The translations under genes and the position numbers were made by a program. Positions 53,821-64,000 of a DNA stretch of 64,000 nt are shown here, piece after piece. How positions within the stretch are numbered: position 1 is the first letter of the stretch; every line of letters starts with the position of its first letter. The stretch lies in the NCBI RefSeq assembly GCF_009914755.1, contig NC_060938.1. One strand, 5' to 3'. This stretch comes from the human T2T-CHM13v2.0 reference genome, Homo sapiens. Under the pieces are notes generated by a model. That model saw nothing but the letters and a program-made list of their open reading frames with translations, did not search any database and had not been told where the DNA came from.

Positions 53821-54299
53821 AAGGTAAACATTGTTTTAAGCAAAATTTTAAAGAAGTCTTTTTGTCATTGACGTTCCCTCATCCTTGCCGTTTTGCTAAA
53901 TGTTTATTTTTTTAAATTTCTGTTTTTATAGTCCTGAGCTCTCTCCCTGTTTTCATCTCATTTCTAACTAAAAGTTTTTCTGAGCTCATAATAATTGATA
54001 GATAAAACTACAGTAGGTGAACCAAAAACCCAAAGACGGATAGATCCAAAGGAATGACTTGGTAATCGTGAAATTTCAGGTTATAGAAGAGGTGTTTTGG
54101 TGTAGGACATCCTTCCCCTTAGGTGGCATTCTACTCTGACCATGGAGATATAGGTACTTTCTGCCTATTTGTATATCTGACCCTCTTGATAAAAATCATC
54201 AGAGATTTTTCTGACTTACCTAATCAGAAAATGCTACTACCTAGTACTAGAAGTTCTGCCTATAAATTAAGTTCCTTTCCTCTCTTTCATAGGTCACCA

Positions 54300-54425
54300 T
54301 CACTTCTCTCTACTAAGACATAGCTCCTCAAAGAAAGGGGCCATGTGTAACTCATTTAAGTTTGCCTGGCTTACAGTAGCACCTGGCACATATAGGTACT
54401 CAATAATTATTTGTTGAAAGAATGC
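54300..54425 (+). mobile_element. L2 3' end
   Basis: agctcctcaaagaaaggggccatg...cacctggcacatataggtactcaataattatttgttgaaagaat. Confidence 0.65.
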
Positions 54426-55279
54426 TTTACAGCACATCAGGGTCGCCAAGACTATTCACCCAAAGGCCCCTCTGGGATAGCCTAATAGACTATGAGCTGT
54501 TGTCTCCTTTGTCTACATATTTTATTTACACCCCTCACACCTCTTCTCTTGACTTTACAGAGTGTTCAGTAATGTTGTGGACAAAGAAACAATTTTATAA
54601 TGAAAATAATCTCTTTCCTCTTTGTTGGATGTCTTCTTAATATTCTCTGAGTAATGGTTGTTGACTATTAAGAATGTCAAATAAGTAGCAGAGAAAAATT
54701 TTTGCTGAAATATTCCAATCAGTCATTCCAAACAACTTTTTACCTCTACTCTCTTTGGCACTGATCACAATGTTCAGTAAACAGTTGAACTAGTGAATAC
54801 GTGGAAGATGGTAACAACTTTGTATGTTATGTTTCTTATAAAATTTTAATGGGGCATCAATGTATGAGGAATTATGTAAATGAGGACACTTAGAATCAAG
54901 GTGAAGGGTGTGGTGGAAAAGGACTCTTAGAATACAAGTGTCACTTGCTGTAACACTCCTCATGATGATTTCAAAAGCATGGGAACAACTATAGGGAGAA
55001 AAGTTTACCATTCAATTTGCATTAAGAAGTAATGCTGTATAAATTTAGAGGAAAAAGGCTTACGCCATTATTTAGTAAAATTAAAAATTGCTATAGCTTA
55101 ATAAATCATTCTGGTATAAATTATTCTGCCTCTTTCACTTCTCAAGACAGGCAGGTAGCCTGCTATCTTCTTCCTCTGTGAACCTAGTATCCATTCCTGA
55201 TATAATATTCCCACTCTGTTTTTTGTAATTAAAACATCATTTATACTGAGAATAATTAAGACAACTGTACATTTGATTT

Positions 55280-55900
55280 TAAAATCAGTTTTGAGTATTG
55301 TGCCTTGTCAAGCTACGAGAATGGTTCCTGCAGCTTTTACAACGTAGCATTAAGAAGCAGACAGTGACCGCAGGCACCTGAGTGGAAGGTTTGACAGTTT
55401 GATAAATTAGGAATGACAGTTGCCAAAATGGCTGTCCTTCCTGCAGTCTGCCAGTGGAGCATTTGCACACTGTTAATTGAATTGGCAATTTGTGTAACAG
55501 TGCCTGCCCCTGAGCTTTTGTAACGCCGGATCTGCCATTTAACTCTGATAATCCAGGACTTGGGAATAAGGACGAAAAGCTTCACATGATATTACTGCAG
55601 ATTTAAAATGACAGTCGGGGACCTTCTTGCCAATTTCCCATTAAATGAGAAATAATTAACAATAGCAATAACAAAGTCTTATAAAGCTGGAAAGTTAAAT
55701 TGACTTTTCAGCACTAGTATTGTACAAAATTGCTTCTAGTGTGATTATCGGATTGCCCTTTCAGGATTATATACCCTAAATAGTATCATATGATGAACCA
55801 AACGCAGAACCGTTTTGCAAGCTAACCTGTTTTATTACTGCGAAAATCTTTTGATTATCTACAGGGATTGTGTTGTCACTAAAATTTTGTTTTATGCTGT
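55280..55900. promoter_or_regulatory. Candidate developmental enhancer / conserved non-coding element
   Basis: Three TGACAG, YY1-like CAAAATGGCTG, TAATCC, TTAATTG, retained CpGs, no recognisable repeat. Confidence 0.4.
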
Positions 55901-56454
55901 AAGATTTCATAGCGATAGAAAATAATAGAGATTTCTGTTTCTTTACTTTTGATAGTTAATTATAGCTACAGCAAAATTTGAATTAAAAGTTTTATGGAGT
56001 AGTATATATGGCTCTTTTGGTGTCCTTCTTTGATGCTTCCCAGAATTTTGAGAACTCCTGAATACTTGTTTTTGTGTGTGTGTGTGCTTGTTACCATCGT
56101 ATTTAGAGTAATGATTGAGAATAATACAGATTCTCAGTGTAGAATTCTTTTAAAAATTCAAAATATGTTACGTGTCCATGATTTTCAAAGCCCTGGATGT
56201 TACAGCTCATCACTGTTATTGTTTGTTTAGTTCTAAAGTTGTCTTTTGGGGTTGTGCCGTGTTAGTTGTATTAGCATGAACAGGGATGATATTTACCTGG
56301 TATACTCTGGGTGGCCATGCCCACCGGGTACAGTCATCTGTAGTTAAATAATTTGTCACTTTCAACTATATACTGGTATGTGGATAGCGGCTAGGTAAGG
56401 AATGAACACCAGATCAGCTGGGAGGGTTTGATGAACCAATTTTTTTTTAAAAAA

Positions 56455-57106
56455 ATTAATTTTTAATTTTTGTGGGCACATAGTCCATGTGTATATTTAT
56501 GGGGTTCATGAGATATTTTGATATAGGCGTGCAGTGTGAAAGAATCACGTCATGGAAAATGGGGTATCTGTCCTCTCAAGCATTTATCATTTGTGTTACA
56601 AACAATCCAACTACACTCTTTGAGTTATTTTAAAATGTACAATTGGCTGGGCACAGTGGCTCACGCCTGTAATCCCAATCAATACTTTGGGAGACCGAGG
56701 TGGGTGGATCACTTGAAGTCAGGATTTCGAGGCCAGCCTGGCCAACATGGTGAAACCCTGTCTCTACTAAAAATATAAAAATTAGCTGGTTGTGGTGGTG
56801 GGTGCTTGTAATCCCAGCTACACAGGAGGCCAAGGCAGGAGAATCACTTGAAACCCAGGAGGTGGAGGTTGCAGTGAGTCAAGATCGTGCCCTCAGCCTG
56901 GGTGACAGGGTGAGACTCCGTCTCAAAAAAAAAAAAAAAAAAAGTACAGTTAAGTTATTATTGACTATAGTCACCCTGTTGTGTTATCTAATAATAAGTC
57001 TTATTCATTCTATCTGGGTTTTTTTTTTTTGGTACCCATTAACCATCCCTATTTCTGCCCCCAGCTCCTCACTACACTTTCCAGCCTCTGGTAACCATCC
57101 TTCTAT
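56455..57106 (-). mobile_element. L1MA (L1MA1-3-like) 3' end, split by an Alu
   Basis: tttttgtgggcacatag...atggggtatc...caagcatttatc...aaaatgtacaatt [Alu] aagttattattgactatagtcaccctgttgtg...ccagcctctggtaaccatcc. Confidence 0.88.
56645..56943 (+). mobile_element. Alu (AluS type), full length, inserted in L1MA
   Basis: ggctgggcacagtggctcacgcctgtaatccc...A19 tail; approximate TSD gtacaatt/gtacagtt. Confidence 0.97.
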
Positions 57107-57659
57107 GATAAGCCAATCTGATGGCAAAAGATCACCTTTTCAAATATTTTGAAGTTATTTTTTACTTGAGACTTTCAGTTACCAAAGTATAGTTATATTA
57201 GTGTTCTTTAAAGTGTTTGATCAAGAATGGAGAAAAGAGTTTCCTTAAATAATTAGGGTACTCAAGAATAGGATGGAAACTTCTGTTTTATTTGTTATGG
57301 TGGTTAGAAAATAAGACAGTTGTTTTGTTTTTTAGAATTTGCTTTTTCCCCCCAATGAGTAAATTTTATTAATTTAAGGTGATGATACCTTAATTTAAGG
57401 TGATGGTGTGTACACCATCATACAGTGTATGAATGGAAAGAGAGAGTGAGAAACAATGAGCCGCAGTGCAGGACAGAGACAGGGCTCATCCATGTAGAGA
57501 TTATATTTAAAGCCTAAAGCTATAGTGAAAGGGAAAAAAGCAGAGAGACAAAGTATTATAAGCATTAACAATTATGGCTTCAGAAGGGAGTTGAAGTCAG
57601 TGAAGGAAACAGAGAATGCAGAAAGAAATAGAGAACAGGTGGAACCAAATTTTAAAAAC

Positions 57660-57790
57660 AAAAGCATCGTATTTGGAGTCAGAACACCTGGCTATTTTTA
57701 TACTTTAGCTCTGTCAACTTCGGCAAGTTAGAAAGTCTTTCTAGGGCCTCCATCTCCTTATCTGAGAAATGGGGACCAATAAAGCTTGTT
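57660..57790 (+). mobile_element. MIR fragment
   Basis: tttggagtcagaacacctgg...ggcaagtta...gcctccatctccttatctgagaaatgggg. Confidence 0.6.
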
Positions 57791-58519
57791 TTCGTTTACT
57801 TTTTAAATCTCCCAAGCTTTTTGTGCATGTGTGACAATAAAATGGATTATTATATGCAGAAACAGTTTGCAAATTATAGAACGTGAAAATTTAACTGCCA
57901 ATGTAAGTATCAATACAGTAAGAGTATAATTTAGAGAGAAGTGGTCAAAACTTTGAAAAGCTGTGGCACTGGAAAGGAAAATGAACAGGAAGAATGCCCA
58001 AGAGACGTGGGCAATGGGAAATATGATCTCTTGCACCACCACAAGAGTTTGTTTCTGATACAATGGCAAAGACAGACCACAGGTTCCAGAAATTTCCAGA
58101 GATACTGAGCTTGCAAAGAAATGTCGGTAGCAGGTATACATGACAAGGCGGTGGTGGACATTCACTGTTATTCTCAGAATAGTGGGGATGTATGTGCAAA
58201 GGGTTGATGAGTTACAAGACAAGAGAGGGACATGGCATGGAAATGCCTGCATTTCTGTAATTCAAAATGTCTCTGAAATTGTAAATATGTGTTGTAATTG
58301 ATGTATATATTTAATATGATAGTGTTTCTTTTTTTCTGGGCAAGCTGATAGTAAATTGATGACATTTAAACATTGATAGCATTTTAGAATTGCTGCAATT
58401 TGGCAAAATTGTTAATATAGATATAGCTTGCTAACAGCTGGTTTTGATTATTTAATTACTCAAATGTTTGAAAGGCTTCTGTACCTTTCCTCATTCAATG
58501 TTAGATATTATTTTATTCA

Positions 58520-59130
58520 CCACTTACTGAATGCACTGTCATATTGAGTGCATGCTATGTACGACACGCTGTGCTAAAAGTTGTATGTACGTGATCTTAT
58601 TTAATCTCAACACGAGGAAGTAAGAATTGTTTTAGCTCCAGCATTCTATACGAGGAAACTGAGCCTCAGAGCTTGTATTACTTAAATACCTGGCTTAAAT
58701 ACAAATTACTTAAATACAAATTCTGATGCTAGGTTAGATGTTGTGAAGAAAACAAAGATACACAGGAAGTGGTCTGTTCCTCTGGGATATGGTGCAGGAA
58801 ACTTAAAGCATATATTCAGAAAACAATCATGCAAGAAAAGATATATTACATTATAGTTCTGTAAATGCCACAGCAGAGGCACAGGCAGTCTAGAAGGATT
58901 CTAAGAAGAGAGATATTATTTCCAACTAGGAAATAAGGGGAAGTTTCTTCATAGACAGGAGTAAAATTTGAACAGGTAGAGATGAGAGGGCTGTTATTGC
59001 AGGCAGAAAAAAATTAGATGAGTAAAAGAAATGGAAGCATTAAAACACCATGCATGTTAAGGAAACATAAAGTTACTGCAGTTGGCTGGACCGGAGAGTG
59101 CATGAAGAGGAATAGTGAGAAATCAAGACA
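58520..59130 (-). mobile_element. MIR fragment (~58520-58680) followed by L2 fragment (~58720-59130)
   Basis: ttatttaatctcaacacgagg...gaggaaactgagcctcagag; then L2-like cacaggaagtggtctg...ttggctggaccggagag. Confidence 0.55.
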
Positions 59131-59594
59131 AAATAATTAATCAGTGCATTTCAAAAAGATACCACCCATTGTTTTATTAGTATAATTATGAGTCCACCAG
59201 TAATCAGGTTTCTTTTTTTCTGCCAGTTGTTTTGGTTTTATATCTCTAGCCACATTGTAAAACCATCTCTGGGATTATAGCAGCTTTTAAATTTCTTCTC
59301 CATTATTTTATGTTTTCCAAATACTCAGCAATTCTATTGGCACTGGAAATAATCATGATGGATGTATTTGAAAAGTGTAATGGGCATAAAAAGCTCATTT
59401 TAAGAAGTTTAGTGGAAAAAAACTTATTTTTTAATAGTGATGTTGAGATATCATTTTATGTTGGAAACTGTGGGATGAAATTGCCTGAGCTGGGCCCCAA
59501 GGGATCCGAGCATGGTTCCTCTCAGGTATAGAGCTTCTTTTGTGGCTGTGGTTATTACTTTTTCTTTTCTTAAATAATATTTGTATCTTTTTAA

Positions 59595-59992
<398 letters not shown>

Positions 59993-59999
59993 GGTTTAC

Positions 60000-60330
60000 C
60001 TTTATTTTCTACCTTTTCCGTTCCTTTGGGTTTTCCCAATTGTGACTTTCCTGAATTCTTGAGATGAATACTTACTCCTTTAACTTCTGTGTTTCCTGAA
60101 ATTTGTATTTATAGATATATATTTCGCTTTATGGCTTTAGTGGTGTCCCACAAATTTTAACATAGAGTTTTTCCAACGTTACTCCTCTCAGAATTGTTTG
60201 AGATATCTTATTTGATTTAATATGTAACTCAAGATATTTTTAGTAGCATATTATTTAAGTTCCTAACATGTAAGGACTTTTTTCTCTATTTTTTTTGGCA
60301 TTAATTTTACTGCTGTCTGGACATTCCTTA
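60000..60330 (-). mobile_element. Old L1M ORF2-region fragment
   Basis: ggctttagtggtgtcccacaaattttaacat resembles antisense L1M ORF2; T-rich. Confidence 0.45.
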
Positions 60331-60409
60331 TCACTCAGGTAAATGTTACCATCAAAACTCCCTAAATTGATAGCTCAGGTATGATGTTTTGCTACTTGCC
60401 TTATGGAAT

Positions 60410-61010
60410 GGACATCCATTCGCAGAGCAGATAGTTGTTGAGCATATGCTGCATGGCAAGCCCTGTTGTGGGTAAACAAGACCACCCTGCCCCCAGCCCC
60501 ACCCCACCTGCCTCTCCCTGCTCCCTGGCTTTCATGTAGCTGGAGTGGGGTGGGAGGAACAGACAGCAGCGAACAAGCAACTGCGCTACCAGCATGACTT
60601 GGGGTAGTGATAAGTACGATGAAGAAATGAAGCCTGTGCTGTTGTGATGGAGGTAACCTACTAGGGACAGATGTGCTACTTTTGACTGGGTGGCAGTGAA
60701 AGCCTCTCTGGGTTGGCGTTTGGATTGAGGAGCAGAAGGAGCCAGCCACAAGAAGTCTGGAGACAAAGCAGCCGAGGGGAAGCAGCAAACACAGAAATTC
60801 TCAGGTGAAAACTAACTTGGTGTCTTCCAGGAGAATTGAAAGAAAAAGGAACCAGTGTGGTTTGAGAGTAGGAAGTGAGAGGATAGTCTCAGAGGAGGTT
60901 GGTGGGGTAGGCAGGGGCACGATGGGGTAGGCAGGGGCATGATCCTTCACCCTTCTAGGACAGGGTGGGAGTTGGGTTCTATGCTAAGTACGATGGAGAA
61001 GCCCTTGTTC
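60410..61010 (-). mobile_element. L2 (L2a-like) fragment
   Basis: catccattcg...gttgttgagcatatgctg...gaaagcctctctgg...gaaggagccagcca...ggaaccagtgtggtttgagag. Confidence 0.7.
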
Positions 61011-61165
61011 TAAGTACAGAATCATAATAAACTTTTAGTAAGTAAGCCCTTTTCATAAGCTTGTTTTGAGGATTAAAAGTGGAGTGTGTGTGTGTGTGAG
61101 AGAGAGAGAGAGAAGTGCTTAAAACAATGCCTGGAACATAGTAAGTGTTACATTAATGTGTATTA

Positions 61166-61591
<426 letters not shown>

Positions 61592-61659
61592 TTAAATTTG
61601 TTGGTTCTTAAAAACATTTGTGTTCTCCAAATGAATGATCTCCAGATTCATTTTAGTGC

Positions 61660-61785
61660 ACTTCCTGTGGGACCTTGGGCAAGTCACTCTTACAGAGCTG
61701 TTGTGAGGATTAAGTGAGATAACGTCAAGCAGCAGGTGTAATGCCAGGCACATAATAAACACTTGGGAGGCCATATTAATGATCT
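61660..61785 (+). mobile_element. MIR fragment
   Basis: gaccttgggcaagtcact...agagctgttgtgaggattaagtgagataac...ccaggcacataataaacact. Confidence 0.7.
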
Positions 61786-64000
61786 CGTTAGAGTTCAGTA
61801 TACTCTTTAAGTTCATAATTTCTTAAATTTGCAATATAATTATTTAGAAGGCTAACTCTATTCACTGTGTACTAAATATCTGAAAGTATAAAATAAGACT
61901 AAAAATTACTTTTCTGTCTCCATAGGTGCATTTTTATAGTTATTGGACGTCTATTCCAGAGGCCTTCTCAGAGGCCGGCAGATAAATTGATAGTCACTTA
62001 ACATTCACTTTGGAGGGTCAGGGACTAGATTTTTATGGAAAGCATTAATTCAAAGAGTCTGTTTTTCTTGGATTTATTTGTTTGTGAGGACAAAGAGAGA
62101 AGCTTGCAATTTATAATTTCCATTGAGCAGTGACCTAGCCTTAAAGAGATGTTTTACTTATTTATAAAGAATAATTATTTGCTGGTGTGAAGGAGGAATG
62201 CATTCTAATGAAGGCATATATTTTAAAGGTTGAGGTGGAAAAGAGGAAACAAAAGTTGCCAAAATTTAAACTATTTACACTTGGGTGATTTAGTGTGAAG
62301 GAGATAAAACATTCCTCAAACTGGTATAGTACTTAGGATAGCAGTGAGCTGCGATTTATAATAACGTTTTATATGCTGCATCGTAACTCTTGAAATTCAA
62401 GCTTGTAAATCAGGAATCATCTTATCAGGGTAAGATCTCATCAGTACCGAGACATTTTTAAGGCTATAAAGTTGTTCGTAATTTATGCATGTGAATATAA
62501 TACATGAGCAAGAAAACTTCAACTATCTGGAACTTAAAGGAAATTATTTTGGATAAAGGGGGGCCGCTTCTTTAATCACCAAACTTTTTCTTTTTTATTT
62601 AAATCATTTTGGAAAGAATTTTTTGTGTGGAAGATAATTGAGCCTTTTCTTTATGACTTAGCAGCATCATTATGTATGCGTTTCATTACCATGAAAATAA
62701 TATGGTGTGATATCCTTAGGGACCATTGGACTATGAGAACAGCTTTGACTATATACCAAATTGGCCTAGATTATAGTGCCTTTTGAGGGCTTTTTTTTCC
62801 TGTTGTTTATCTCCCCCCACCGCTTTTTTCTATTCCCCCTTACTGTCAGCTATAACTCCTCGGTGCTATTACTGTTTCTGGGACTCCTCTTTAATTCGCT
62901 GCTTCAGATATGCTTTCAGCTGGGACACCTAGGTTTGTTGGAACAATATATAAGCTAAGCATAAACAAAATCTGACAGAGGACAAAAGGGCTTCTCTATG
63001 AATAAAATATTTGAACATGATGACATCATTTTTGACTCTTCAGAGAGACTTTTCACAGTTTTCTTGGTTACATCTGCATTTTAGATGAGTAAAATATTCT
63101 TACGTAAGGCCCAGGGCCACGCTGTAGAATAAGTTAACTTGTCTGTCCATATGTGTGCTCTTGGAAGTGTGTTTATATCGGATTCCCTGACCTATAGTGA
63201 TACTATGCCAAGACGAAATGCTCATCGTAATGATACCTTTAGAAACCTGGGGAAAACACCTACTTGTCTAATTTCCTTTGCAGTGCTTGCTGCTGAAAAT
63301 TTTTTAGCCTACGTTTTTTAGACTGAATATGTAAATAAAATCTTTGATGGTTCTACATAAAACTTTCAGGGAGCAAGCCTCCCCATTTAAGGTAATACAA
63401 GGTTCTGGGTACTCCAAACTTTAAATGTAAACAAAATTATTACAGTAGTAAAATTCCCAAAGCGATTTTATTTCTTTCGCTCACTAAATTTCTTAGTGTG
63501 GTTCAGTTGCTTGGCTTGACCTCTTAACTAAAATAAGTTTGCCGGCATCTCTCCATAATGATACTTATCTTTACAAAGATAAATATGGCCGTATTTCTAA
63601 AAAATTCAGATTAAGGATGTAGGCTACCAGGATTTATGAAGACTATTTTTCTTTTCAAATATTTGATCAGTATCATGGAATGTAGTTAGACACCTTGGAA
63701 AGCCATTAAATAGAAATACTTCATGAGTTTTAGGGGAAGAAAGGCAAATACATAGAGGACAGTGTGTTAGATGTTTCAACCATGTACACAACTGATCATT
63801 TGGGGCCAGGGAAGCTGATTTTTATGTTTTAAAATTAATCCAACGTAGATTAACCATGTCACGTCCCCTTAACCACAGGCGTATGAATCTCAGGGTAGAC
63901 AGCTGTTTGGATGTCTCATACTGGGACTGCTGCCCTCAACAAACGCTTCCGATTCTTCTACATGGTCACTTGGCAGCATCTATGTGCACCCATATGGCTG

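Overview
Primate (very probably human) nuclear DNA, AT-rich and CpG-depleted, with no recognisable protein-coding exon, RNA gene or CpG-island promoter. It reads as the interior of a very large intron or a gene desert, and I cannot name the host gene from sequence alone. It contains 8 Alu insertions (including a 5'-truncated AluY), several L1 3' fragments, solo LTRs (LTR16-, MER39-, MER57-, MLT1- and THE1-like), hAT DNA-transposon relics (MER5A/B, MER94), many old MIR and L2 fragments, and long microsatellites. Between the repeats lie repeat-poor blocks rich in homeodomain, TALE (MEIS/PBX), SOX and E-box motifs that resemble developmental enhancers; this is inference only. The ORF track is explained by repeats or chance. 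I found no convincing novel biological system. The most notable details are small mutational scars and motifs: a 43-bp triplication that captured the Alu 5' end, a 63-bp dispersed duplication, a template-switch hairpin in a MIR, a duplication-born G4, a p53-type element and a possible 49-nt cryptic exon. Repeat subfamily names come from recalled consensus sequences, and boundaries of old repeats are approximate.
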